From the NCBI GenBank assembly GCA_012689375.1, contig JAAZLO010000028.1, positions 25,665 through 89,664 on the forward strand: a DNA stretch of 64,000 nt, read 5' to 3'. Below are positions 31,988 through 42,065 of this stretch, piece by piece. The first letter of the stretch is position 1, and the number at the start of each line of letters is the position of its first letter. Both the position numbers and the translations under genes were made by a program. Source of the DNA: Bacillota bacterium (lineage in GTDB: Bacteria > Bacillota > SHA-98 > UBA4971). The notes under the pieces are model-generated. The model saw only the letters and a program-made list of their open reading frames with translations, was not told the DNA's origin and made no database searches.

Positions 31988-32102
31988 GTGACAGGGGCGG
32001 TGGGGGCGGTGACAGGGGGACGGGGTTACTGTCACATCCTGTACATCAACCGGGTGGTTTATGTGACAGTAACCCCGTCCCCCTGTCACGTCCCCCTGTC
32101 AC
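31988..32102. repeat. Perfect 29-bp inverted repeat plus GTGACAGGGGG iterations in the tsaE/ade divergent intergenic region
   Basis: GTGACAGGGGGACGGGGTTACTGTCACAT at 32009-32037 is the exact reverse complement of 32061-32089, with a 23-nt loop. Additional GGTGACAGGGG copies lie at 31988 and, as the reverse complement, at 32092-32102. Each arm is itself palindromic (GTGACAG...CTGTCAC). Confidence 0.7.
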
Positions 32103-32120
32103 CAAGGGAGGGAGAAATTT

Positions 32121-33923
32121 ATGTCACTGTATCCGATAAGAAAACATCTTTACGAGATAGGCCATGAGCTGGTAGCTACTGCAACAGGAAGAACCCCGGC
32201 TGATGTCATTATTCGATCCGGGCGTTTAGTTAATGTTATAACACGTGAGATCCTTGATGGGCCGGATATTGCAATACGTTTTGGGCGGATTGCCCTAGTC
32301 GGGGATGCCTCAAAATGCAGAGGTAGGGATACTTTGGTTATAGATGCAAAGGGATCTTATCTGGTCCCGGGGTTTCTTGATGGTCATGTCCATATAGAAA
32401 GCAGCATGGTTACAGTGGGCCAGTTTGCCAAAGCAGTGCTCCCCTATGGAACCACCGCCGTCTTTATGGACCCCCATGAAATTGCAAATGTTCTTGGTAT
32501 GAAAGGGATCAAGTTAATGATAGAGGAGGGAAAAAATCTCCCGCTCAAAGTTTATACTACAATGCCGTCATGTGTCCCTGCGGCCCCGGGTTTTGAAGAT
32601 ACAGGAGCAGAAATTACCCCGGATGATATCAGTACTGCAATGGCCTGGGATGAAGTAGTGGGTTTAGGAGAAATGATGAATTTCCCCGGGGTTTTAGCGG
32701 GGGATCCTGATGTACACAAAAAAATTGCATCCACGTTGAAGGCAGGTAAAGTCGTCACTGGTCATTATGCTGTCCCTGATCTCGGTCCGAATTTATCCGG
32801 TTATGTATCGTGCGGTATTTTATCTTGCCACGAATCTGTCACTTGTCAGGAAAGCCTTGCTAAACTCAGGTTGGGGATGTATGCAAAACTCAGGGAGGGT
32901 TCAGGCTGGAAGAATATTAAAGAAACCATCAAAACCTATACTGAAGCAGATGCTGATCCTCGTCGTATAGTCTTGGTTACAGATGATGTCCATCCTGATA
33001 CCTTATTAACTTTAGGCCATATTAATCATGTGGTGAAACGGGTAATTGAAGAAGGAACACAGCCTATTACAGCTATTCAAATGGCTACCATTAATACTGC
33101 AGAATGTTTCGGGATGAGCCGCGATTTAGGAAGCATTACTCCGGGTAAGTTTGCGGATATTTTATTTATTGAGGATCTTGCAAATCCGTATCCTGAAAAG
33201 GTTATGGCGGACGGGAAGGTAATTGCTGAAAACCGGAAGATGCTCATGGAAATCCCGGTAGGGACCTACCCCAGGTATGCAACTAAATCTATGAATCTTG
33301 CGCGCTCTGTAGTCCCGGATGATTTTTATATTAGTTCAGGATCCCCGGGTAAAAGTGTTAGAATCCGGGTTATACAGGTTATAGAAGGCCAAGCCATAAC
33401 AAAACAGGTAGAAGTGGGAGTCTGCTCCGATAAAAATGGAGGAATTAATGCATCTCGCAATCAGGATTTAGCGAAGGCGGCTGTTATAGAAAGGCATAAG
33501 GGCACAGGTAAAATAGGGTTGGGTTTTGTTAAAGGGTTCGGGCTTCAATCCGGGGCAGTGGCTTCTACAGTCGCCCATGATAGCCACAACCTGCTTGTCA
33601 TGGGTATGGATGATGATGATATGGCTGTTGCAGCCAATACTTTGGCTGAAGTCGGCGGTGGAATGGTTGTTGTAAAACGGGGTGAAGTGATAGGCCTCCT
33701 TCCTTTACCTGTTGCGGGTCTTATGTCAAACAAACCGGTAGAGGAAGTCCAATTAAAGGTAGAAAGCCTGGCACAGGCATGGAAGGATTTAGGGTGTACC
33801 CTGACATCACCCTTTATGACTATGGCCATTCTTTCCTTACCTGTCATCCCTGAACTTCGCCTGACAAACCGAGGATTAGTTGATGTTGAAAAGTTCTGTT
33901 TTGTTCCTTTAGTGATTAGCTGA
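32121..33923 (+). CDS. ade: Adenine deaminase (amidohydrolase superfamily)
   Basis: 600 aa. Metal-binding block VPGFLDGHVHIESSM, and ADGKVIAEN in the second domain. The architecture is typical of Ade. Confidence 0.8.
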   Translation: MSLYPIRKHLYEIGHELVATATGRTPADVIIRSGRLVNVITREILDGPDIAIRFGRIALVGDASKCRGRDTLVIDAKGSYLVPGFLDGHVHIESSMVTVGQFAKAVLPYGTTAVFMDPHEIANVLGMKGIKLMIEEGKNLPLKVYTTMPSCVPAAPGFEDTGAEITPDDISTAMAWDEVVGLGEMMNFPGVLAGDPDVHKKIASTLKAGKVVTGHYAVPDLGPNLSGYVSCGILSCHESVTCQESLAKLRLGMYAKLREGSGWKNIKETIKTYTEADADPRRIVLVTDDVHPDTLLTLGHINHVVKRVIEEGTQPITAIQMATINTAECFGMSRDLGSITPGKFADILFIEDLANPYPEKVMADGKVIAENRKMLMEIPVGTYPRYATKSMNLARSVVPDDFYISSGSPGKSVRIRVIQVIEGQAITKQVEVGVCSDKNGGINASRNQDLAKAAVIERHKGTGKIGLGFVKGFGLQSGAVASTVAHDSHNLLVMGMDDDDMAVAANTLAEVGGGMVVVKRGEVIGLLPLPVAGLMSNKPVEEVQLKVESLAQAWKDLGCTLTSPFMTMAILSLPVIPELRLTNRGLVDVEKFCFVPLVIS

Positions 33924-33932
33924 TTAATAAAA

Positions 33933-34664
33933 TTAGCCTGGTCCGATCCCCATTTGAAGTTGTGTTAGTTTGGATGTCAGATGTGCGCTCCAAGCGGATA
34001 ACGCTATCACAAGGGCCCACATTATAATGGTGATTGCAGCCGATTTTGATATTTTTACATTCCATAGCCTGGAAAGAGCAATTGAACTTAAGATAATATA
34101 TATAATACTGAATATGTTTATACTTGACAATATAATTCCCCATGGAGTAGTAAGTTGGTCAGGTGTGAGGGTTATTCCGAACCCTAGAACAACTGCCTGA
34201 CCTGTGACAGCAACTGTTATGGCAGTAATTATTCCGGACAGTACCAGAGTTATATTCAGATATCCTGAGACTGCCAGGCTCTTCTTAAAATCAATCCTTG
34301 AACCTATGAGTGCCCCTGCCCCCACAAAGATTAATGCCCGCAGAGGCCACCAAATAAATTGTGAAACGATAAAGGCAGTTGAGGCTGTTCCCATTGCGGC
34401 TGATTTTGATAGTTCTGATGTGCTAGGCGGCATTAATTCGGGCATTGTACCAAAACTATGACTTAAAGGTACTAAGCCTAATATACCTGAGAGAACGATA
34501 AATATAACAGGTAAAACAAAGTCCGGCTTTTTAATTATATCTTCAAATGTAGATGCAGAGTCTGTAAGTACGCCTATTGCGCGGGCAAGCAGATTTTTAT
34601 CATGAGGGGGATCGGATATGGACATACCCGGAAACAGCTCCTTTTGCGATATTATGAAGTCCAT
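33933..34664 (-). CDS. Yip1-family integral membrane protein (YknW-like)
   Basis: 243 aa with 5 transmembrane segments after a cytoplasmic N-terminus. ATG start with a GGGGAA ribosome binding site. It is divergent from the HlyD-ABC-FtsX genes. Confidence 0.5.
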   Translation of the reverse strand: MDFIISQKELFPGMSISDPPHDKNLLARAIGVLTDSASTFEDIIKKPDFVLPVIFIVLSGILGLVPLSHSFGTMPELMPPSTSELSKSAAMGTASTAFIVSQFIWWPLRALIFVGAGALIGSRIDFKKSLAVSGYLNITLVLSGIITAITVAVTGQAVVLGFGITLTPDQLTTPWGIILSSINIFSIIYIILSSIALSRLWNVKISKSAAITIIMWALVIALSAWSAHLTSKLTQLQMGIGPG

Positions 34665-34874
34665 ATAATATATTCCCCGAAACTATAGGGTTTCCTTTGG
34701 CAGGAAGCTGAATTTCTAAAATCGGACTACTACTAACTCACGTAACCCGGAATCAAAAGAAGGGTTTTGATTAAAAGCAGATTATAAAGGAAAGACAGAG
34801 GCAATGGGCGAAATGAAATAAAAAGTATTACCATAGATTAAATAGGATACGGTTTTTGAAAGGGGCCGCTGAAA

Positions 34875-36308
34875 TTGGCACGACGAAAGACTGTCTTAGT
34901 AGTGATTGGACTAATTCTCATATGTATAGTAACTATTATTATAGGAAAGAAATTAGGGACGGATAAAACTGCTGTGCCTGTTGATGCCATCCGAATTTCA
35001 TCCGGGCCTTTCAGTGTTTCTATATCTGCAGAAGGAACTATTGAACCTGCCGAAACCGTAGAAGTCAGAGCCGGGGTAACCGGAAAGGTAGCGGAATTCT
35101 TTGTTAAAGAGGGGGATATTGTAAAAGCAGGTCAGCGGCTTGCAAGGCTTGAGAACCTAGATCTGGAGGCACAACTGCAACAAGCAAAGTCTCAGTTAGC
35201 TGCGGCTGAGGCTGATCTGATTCAGTTTGAATCTGAGATTACCACACAATTCGGCAAGACCTTCGCTGTTCGGCAAAATGAAACCCAGCTCCAGGCTGCA
35301 AAAGTAAGACTTCAAGAGGTCCTGAAAGGGCCGCCTGAAGGGGAAATTGCTCAGGTTAAAGCCCAGTTTACCCAGGCTGATATAGAAATGGAAGATGCAT
35401 TGCGTCAGCTTGAAGTAATGGAAGCCCTTTATAAAGAAGGGGCTGTATCGAAGTCTTCTGTAGAAGATGCAAAAGGAAGGGTAAAAATAGTAAGGGCTCA
35501 GTTGGAGGCAGCCAAAAAACAATACAAATCCCTTTGTGATTTACCCGACAAGGAACAGGTGGAACTTGCTGAAGCCCAAGTAAAAGAGGCTGAGATAGCA
35601 TTGAGTCTTGCAAAGGAACAAGAGATTTCAAAGGAAAAGGGCAGGGAGGCTGCCAAGGCCCGCCTGGCCCAGGCAAATGCAGCTCTTCGTATAATCGAAT
35701 CCTCCATTGCCATGACTATGACGACTTCCCCTGAAGACGGGATTGTTACAAGTATTCCTGTAACTGCGGGGGCTGTTGTTACAGAAGGCACACCCATCAT
35801 TATAATTGCCAAAGCCGGGGGTATGCGCGTAAAGGCTAGGGTTGACGAGACTGATATTGCCGGCGTAAAAGTGGGGCAACCGGTGAAATTCTCCACAGAT
35901 GCTATTTGGGATGCAGAGTTCTCTGGAACAGTTTCGAAAATTTCGCCTCAGGCGGTATACAGCAATTTAATACCTGGATTTACAGTTCTTATAGATATAA
36001 ACGATCCTAGGACAGATCTCCGTCCGGGAATGAGCGCTGATGTAGAAATTATTACATATTTTAAGGAAGATGCCCTCACTGTACCGATTCAAACTATTAT
36101 TGAGGACAGTGGTAAAGAGGCGATTTTTACAGTTAATGAGGACGATTCAACTGCCTTTATAACACAGGTGACCACAGGGCTTACCGATGCAATAAACATT
36201 GAAATTCTAGAGGGAATTAAAGAAGGGGATTTGGTGATAACAGGGGATTATGATGCTCTTCATACACTTTGCGATGGCAGGCAAATAAAGCTGAATAATG
36301 AGAAATAG
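34875..36308 (+). CDS. HlyD/membrane-fusion-protein-family efflux adaptor
   Basis: N-terminal transmembrane anchor, a long coiled-coil (an A/E/Q/L-rich ~200-aa segment), and a C-terminal beta-barrel. TTG start. Confidence 0.8.
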   Translation: MARRKTVLVVIGLILICIVTIIIGKKLGTDKTAVPVDAIRISSGPFSVSISAEGTIEPAETVEVRAGVTGKVAEFFVKEGDIVKAGQRLARLENLDLEAQLQQAKSQLAAAEADLIQFESEITTQFGKTFAVRQNETQLQAAKVRLQEVLKGPPEGEIAQVKAQFTQADIEMEDALRQLEVMEALYKEGAVSKSSVEDAKGRVKIVRAQLEAAKKQYKSLCDLPDKEQVELAEAQVKEAEIALSLAKEQEISKEKGREAAKARLAQANAALRIIESSIAMTMTTSPEDGIVTSIPVTAGAVVTEGTPIIIIAKAGGMRVKARVDETDIAGVKVGQPVKFSTDAIWDAEFSGTVSKISPQAVYSNLIPGFTVLIDINDPRTDLRPGMSADVEIITYFKEDALTVPIQTIIEDSGKEAIFTVNEDDSTAFITQVTTGLTDAINIEILEGIKEGDLVITGDYDALHTLCDGRQIKLNNEK

Positions 36309-36319
36309 GGTGACACCAA

Positions 36320-37045
36320 ATGATAGTTGTGGAAGACGTTGAAAAAATCTATCAGACCGGCACAGTTCAGGTAGCGGCATTAAGGGGGGTGTCTCTTTCT
36401 GTGGAATCCGGTGAATCTTTGGCCATTATAGGTCCTTCGGGCTCCGGTAAATCCACTTTGATGAATATTATCGGGTGTCTCGACAAGCCTACGACAGGCA
36501 GGTACTACCTTGACGGCAAACTTGTAAATGAACTATCCGATGATGAACTTGCCCGGGTTCGCAACAGAAAGATTGGGTTTGTATTTCAAACGTTTAACCT
36601 TTTGCCCCGGGCTACGGCTTTAGAAAACATTGAACTCCCCTTGATATACTCAGGGGTTCAACCTGCAACCCGCAGAAAACGGGCTTTATCCGCATTGGAA
36701 AGGGTTGGTCTCGGGGCTCGTAAAAATCACAGACCAAATGAACTTTCCGGGGGTCAGGCACAAAGAGTAGCTGTTGCCAGGGCGTTAGTAACGGAACCTT
36801 CTATAATCCTTGCTGATGAACCTACAGGAAACTTAGATACTAAATCCGGCCTTGAGGTTATTAAAATCTTAGACGAGCTCCATGAACAGGGGATAACAAT
36901 AGTGCTTGTTACCCATAACCCGGAAATTGCGGCCAGGGCCTACCGGATTATTGAAATACGGGATGGTTTGATTGTCAGGGATACAAGGACGTGTGATGTT
37001 TCGGGGGAATCGAAAATTGAAGAAAGGGACGAAGAAAGGATATGA
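36320..37045 (+). CDS. ABC transporter ATP-binding protein (MacB/LolD/FtsE type)
   Basis: Walker A motif GPSGSGKST, signature [14 protein letters not shown], Walker B motif [11 protein letters not shown]. Confidence 0.9.
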   Translation: MIVVEDVEKIYQTGTVQVAALRGVSLSVESGESLAIIGPSGSGKSTLMNIIGCLDKPTTGRYYLDGKLVNELSDDELARVRNRKIGFVFQTFNLLPRATALENIELPLIYSGVQPATRRKRALSALERVGLGARKNHRPNELSGGQAQRVAVARALVTEPSIILADEPTGNLDTKSGLEVIKILDELHEQGITIVLVTHNPEIAARAYRIIEIRDGLIVRDTRTCDVSGESKIEERDEERI

Positions 37046-38238
37046 GCTTCTATGAGTGTATGAAGCTTGCGTTATCCAGCTTGAGAGGGAATAAATTAAG
37101 ATCCGCCCTGACACTCCTGGGTATAGTCATCGGGATTGCATCAGTTATATCTATGATGTCTATAGGCGAAGGTGGTAAACGCCTTATTACTACGGAGCTC
37201 GCAGGGCTTGGTTCAAACTTAATTTTTGTACAACCTGATTATGGGACTGATACTGTATCCAAAGGTCGGTTTGAACCACTGACTTATAAGGATGCCCAGG
37301 CTATGCGTAAAGGGTGTCCCGCCTTATCCACAGTCAGTGTAACACGGATGGGAATGGTAACAATAAAGTACGGCCGGGAACGTTATAATATTAATGCAAC
37401 TTTTACAGACGAAGGTCTTGCTTCTACTCAGGAAGCAGGACTGAAAGAGGGAAGGTTTTTTTCCGAATTTGATGTACGAACACAGAGACAGGTGGCAGTT
37501 ATAGGAGGGGAATTAGAGAATAAATTATTCGGGAATGAACCCGCCATAGGCGGTAAAATTAAAATAAACGGACAGAGTTTTATAATAATCGGAGTTATGA
37601 AAGAACAAGGGAGAACAATGTTTGGGGAAAATCCCCAGGATATGTCGGTTCATATTCCGATAAGCCATGCCAAGCGTATGACAGGCAGTGATGACGTAGC
37701 CTATATATCCTGTGAGGCCCATGACGCGAAACAGGTGAAGGCGGCTATGGATCAAATAAAGGCAATCCTCCGGCAACAGCATGGGAAAGATTCTTCCTTT
37801 AATGTTATGAGCAGTGCCTCTATTTTGGAAACCACTGAGACTATAACACGGATCTTTACAGTAATCCTCGGAGGCATAGGAGGGATATCATTATTCGTCG
37901 GTGGAATCGGTGTTATGAATATTATGCTTGTTTCAGTCACTGAGCGTACCCGTGAGGTGGGAATCAGGAAAGCAGTTGGTGCTAAAAAAGGCGATATCCT
38001 AAGGCAGTTTTTGTTTGAGGCCATAGCTCTTTGTTTAGTAGGCGGGAGCATGGGGATTGTCTTTGGATGGATAGGGGCTGCCTTAGTCGCAAAAGTAGCT
38101 AAATGGCCTACTTATGTATCACTATTTTCTATCATTATAGCCTTTGCTTCAGCATCCTTTGCAGGCGTCGCATTTGGTGTTTATCCTGCATATAAAGCTG
38201 CAAATCTCGATCCTATTGAAGCATTAAGATATGAATGA
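37042..38238 (+). CDS. ABC transporter permease, FtsX/MacB type
   Basis: N-terminal transmembrane segment, a large extracytoplasmic MacB-PCD-like domain, and a C-terminal 3-transmembrane FtsX domain. It is translationally coupled to the ATPase by a 4-nt overlap. Confidence 0.85.
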   Translation: MSFYECMKLALSSLRGNKLRSALTLLGIVIGIASVISMMSIGEGGKRLITTELAGLGSNLIFVQPDYGTDTVSKGRFEPLTYKDAQAMRKGCPALSTVSVTRMGMVTIKYGRERYNINATFTDEGLASTQEAGLKEGRFFSEFDVRTQRQVAVIGGELENKLFGNEPAIGGKIKINGQSFIIIGVMKEQGRTMFGENPQDMSVHIPISHAKRMTGSDDVAYISCEAHDAKQVKAAMDQIKAILRQQHGKDSSFNVMSSASILETTETITRIFTVILGGIGGISLFVGGIGVMNIMLVSVTERTREVGIRKAVGAKKGDILRQFLFEAIALCLVGGSMGIVFGWIGAALVAKVAKWPTYVSLFSIIIAFASASFAGVAFGVYPAYKAANLDPIEALRYE

Positions 38239-38325
38239 TCGGAGGGCCGCCCTTGATTACTACTGTGGCCGCCCGTGTATCAATGAAACATATCCGAAAA
38301 ATGTTTAGCGGAGATATTTGAACCG

Positions 38326-38937
38326 CTATTGAAACAGGAGTTTGATACGGGGCAACATTCCTGATATGGAAAGTGCTGCGTAAAGCAGAAGCAGCGCCAT
38401 CCCGATATTCAATAATTTTTGATGTTGACCGAAAAACCGCTGAATGGCAGTTCCGAATAATGTCCAACATGAGGCTGATGTAGCTGAACAGCATGCCAAG
38501 AATGTGCAAAGGAGGAGTATGGCTGTGAAGGAACTGTAATAAGGAATAATAAAATTAGCGGTAATTGTTAAACCATAAAGAAGCAACTTTATGTTAACGA
38601 ACTGTACAGCGACACCTACGGCAAAAGTAGTGCTATGAGTATTTCCGCTGATTTTGGTTGTATCGCTTTTGAGGGCTCGTATAGCCAGATATACCATATA
38701 TAATCCGCCTAATATCTCAGCCACCGGTTTAAAGCCGGGAATAAATCCGGCAAGGGAAAAATTCAGGTAACTAAATCCGACCATTATTACTATAACCCCG
38801 ACAAAAAGGCCTGCAATAAAGGGAAGGTTTTGTCTGAAACCAAACTTACCCCCGTTAACAAGGCACATCATATTATTCGGACCGGGTGTAAACGTCATAA
38901 TAAACATGTAGGATATAAATGCAAATATATCAGGCAT
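38326..38937 (-). CDS. LysE/RhtB-family amino-acid exporter
   Basis: 203 aa. The N-terminal pattern MTFTPGPNN is characteristic of the LysE/RhtB family. 6 transmembrane segments. Confidence 0.75.
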   Translation of the reverse strand: MPDIFAFISYMFIMTFTPGPNNMMCLVNGGKFGFRQNLPFIAGLFVGVIVIMVGFSYLNFSLAGFIPGFKPVAEILGGLYMVYLAIRALKSDTTKISGNTHSTTFAVGVAVQFVNIKLLLYGLTITANFIIPYYSSFTAILLLCTFLACCSATSASCWTLFGTAIQRFFGQHQKLLNIGMALLLLYAALSISGMLPRIKLLFQ

Positions 38938-39435
38938 GCAACAGTCCCTCCCTTAATTATTCAACAGTGAATATTAGATTTCAACTGCGAACTCATTGTA
39001 TCTTCCATGTTGTGAATTATATGCAACATTCGACGCTTTGGATAAGTTGCCTTTATTTTCTTATATTAACACAGATATAAATTTTCCCATAAGAAAATTC
39101 GCAAGATCAGTCAAACGCTTCCTCCATATGGCATAGTTCTTTATTGAAATTTTAAATTACCCTACTGCTTTTTGCAGGAGTTTAGTCCGGGCCGGATCTT
39201 TTGTATTTAGGGGTTAACCTCCGTTTTATCAAAGTATTGAGACGGTATTGGATATTGTTGCTTGCTCTTGCAATAGGAAACGGACTTTTGGAAAATTCGG
39301 AGACTGCTTGCCGCAAGATTCTTTCGCGGGCAGTACAATTTCCGTCAGGTTCCTCCCGTATGTCTATGGTAGTATCGCAGCAGTTACCTAAACATAGGAC
39401 AACCCATTGTTGTTAAATGAAGGAGGAGCCGGTAA

Positions 39436-42005
39436 TGGACAAGGAAGTCAGGCGTACGATCTCCCATGGTTCCGGACGCACTGTTAATTTTGGCCGGAAC
39501 AAAAAATATCAGGTATCTCCCCGCAGTGCTGAACAAGGGCATACAATAAAAAATATCAGCCGAACCCGAAATTTTTGGGTGCACGCACTTTCGCCGGGAG
39601 CAGTACTTTGCGGTCTTATCGGAATGATTTTGGGACGGGCGAAGTTTTTCGGTATCAACGCCCCCTTCTGCCTGGCATATTTAGGAGTGATTACCGCGTT
39701 CCGTGGCCCCTTTGCACCCTTAGCTGCATTCGGTAGTTTTTTTGGGATGGTAGGGCCGGTTTTGGGATCAGATATGATATGGTCTGCCGTTCCATTGGTT
39801 TTAGTAGTGATTTCAGCACGGATTTTTTCCCGTAAAGTAGAAGCCAGACCTTTTGTATTACCCGTAAGTATAATGGTATCCGGTTTTATTATTCCTCAGG
39901 TTCTGAAGATAGTTATCGGTGTTTCTTTGCCTTCAGCAACCATAATCGTATTAGAGGCTTTTATAGGCGGGCTTTCAGCTGCAATTTTCAGTTGGGGCGG
40001 AGTGGGCCGGGGGTTTTCATCTTTACCGCGGCGGGGTGTTCCGGGTCCTGAACAAGCAGCCTCATTTGGGTTGTTATGCGCAGGGATCACTATGGGACTT
40101 TCAGGTATTGAGGTGTACGGGATATCTTTAGGAGCAGTAGCGGCAGGCATCGCAACGACTACTATAGCCTATTCAGGGGGTATAAGTTATGGAGCAGCGG
40201 CAGGGGCTTTAACCGGGCTGACATGTGCGGTTTCAGGTCAGGGGTTGGCCCCTATTGTAGGCGCATATGCCCTTGGTGGGCTTTTAGCAGGCAGTCTGCG
40301 AAGCTACGGTAAATTTGCCACAGCTGTCGGGTTTGCGTCAGGTGCGGGACTCTTGGTATTTCAAATATCCGGAAGGTACGAGGTGCTGATGTTTATTGCG
40401 GAGTTAGGAATATCAGGCGCTATATTCCTCTTTATCCCAAGAAAAAGCCTGCGGGCTATGGCAAGGCTGTTGCCTGTTTTCCAAAAGAAATCCGGGGACA
40501 GTGGGGGGGCCTACGCCAGAAGGGTTCAACAACTTCTGTCTAAGAAGCTCTTGGGTTTTTCCCAAGTCTTCGGTGAGCTTTCATCCATGTTAAAGCAGGT
40601 TCCATATGATCCGGAACTTACTGAACAAGCAGATGTTGCCCATATACTTCACGAAATTTCTTCATCTGTATGCAGCGGATGCAGGGCTTATCTTTTCTGC
40701 TGGGGGGATTCTTTCCATAGGACTTTTAGGGATGTCCTCAATCTTGTGGCTCTTGCCGAATTAAAGGGTGTAATAGAAATGTCAGAAGTCAAATCCCAGC
40801 TTAATTGGAAGTGCCTTAATGTACCGGGATTGGTTGCCGCTGTAAACGGATCCACAGGATCTTACAAACAAAACTTGGCATATGCTAGGCGGCTTACTGA
40901 AGGGAGGCATATGTTTTCTGGACAATTACAGGGAATTGCAGGTATCCTAGACAGTCTGGGAGAGGATGTTTGGGCATGTGTTGAAATGGAGACTGGTTCC
41001 GAGAAAAGAATTATCCGTGAGTTGTCCCGTCTTGGCCTTGGGATTACAGAAGTTAGTGTTGTGGCAGGAAGGAGAGGGCGGTTGGATGTCACAGTTAAGA
41101 AGGCGGCATGCTGCGGGGAGCGGGAATGTAAAAATGCAGTAGGGCCTTTAATTTCCCGGCTACTTGGTCGAAACCTGGAAGTATCTAAGGTAAGATGTGG
41201 AAACAGGGGGGGGCAACCTACGTGTGAAATAGTGTTCTCCCAGGCAAAAGTATATAGAATTACAGGCGGGGTTGCGTGTTGTGCCAAATATGGTGCTGAT
41301 ATTTCAGGTGATGCCCATTCTATGTTAGAGCTTGCCGATGGTAGAGGGGTCTTTATTATCAGTGACGGCATGGGGACAGGGAGGGGAGCCGCAATAGAAA
41401 GCTCTACTGCAGTAAGTATGCTGGAAAAGCTACTTGAGGCGGGTTTTGATGATGAGTTTGCAGTAAAAACTGCAAATCTGATTTTACTCCTCAGATCTCC
41501 CGGGGAATCCTTTGCTACTTTGGATGTGGCTACCATTGATATGGTTACAGGAGAGGTCTGGTTTATAAAGGCAGGTTCACCCAGAAGTTTTATTAAACGC
41601 GGGCGCCAGGTAAGAGTTATTGAGTCTCCATCCTTGCCTGCAGGGCTTTTCGATGCAATAGAAATCGAAAGGACCCGGCGAAAATTAAGTGACGGGGATC
41701 TTTTGGTTATGGTTAGTGACGGAGTTTTAGATTCAACCTCCCGTCTTCGTAGTTCCGCCGTCCCTGTATATGCGCCTGACGATTGGATAGAGAGGCTGAT
41801 CACAACGATTACCACTGAGCGTCCTGATGAAATAGCCGGATTAATTCTTAACCGTGCAAAGCAGTACGCAGGTGGGAAAACTCCTGATGACATGACTGTT
41901 CTTGTAGTCAGGATCCATAAGAGAGGAGCCGGTATCGGTAATTTAAAGAAATTTCCCACTGATGATACAATGCCGAAATTGAGTAATATAGGCTTGTCCA
42001 TATAA
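39436..42005 (+). CDS. spoIIE: Stage II sporulation protein E (PP2C phosphatase with polytopic N-terminus)
   Basis: About 10 N-terminal transmembrane helices, a central regulatory region, and a C-terminal PP2C domain (GDAHSMLEL...IISDGMGTG...VSDGVLD). I placed the start at the ATG 7 nt after GGAGGAG. The tracker's earlier ATG lies inside the ribosome binding site. Confidence 0.85.
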
Positions 42006-42065
42006 ACTTTGCCTCTATGGTATAATTTCTTTAGGAGTTGTTTTCGTAATAAGCGGGGTATAGGC

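Noticed and set aside
31988-32102. CRISPR array
   Set aside because: Only four copies of an 11-mer occur, in mixed orientation, with irregular 9-50 nt spacing and no cas genes. It is an inverted-repeat operator-like element, not a CRISPR.
39201-39416. 71-aa ORF in the spoIIE upstream region
   Set aside because: No ribosome binding site, low-complexity Leu/Arg composition, no homology. I treated it as non-coding leader.
38938-39416. tRNA or other structured RNA genes in the long intergenic regions (also 62759-63217)
   Set aside because: No T-loop-like GTTCRANYC, no acceptor-stem symmetry and no RNase P or 6S-like features were found on manual scan. I cannot exclude novel sRNAs.
39417-39435. 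Tracker start codon of spoIIE at 39417
   Set aside because: That ATG lies inside the GGAGGAG ribosome binding site. The ATG at 39436 has correct spacing.
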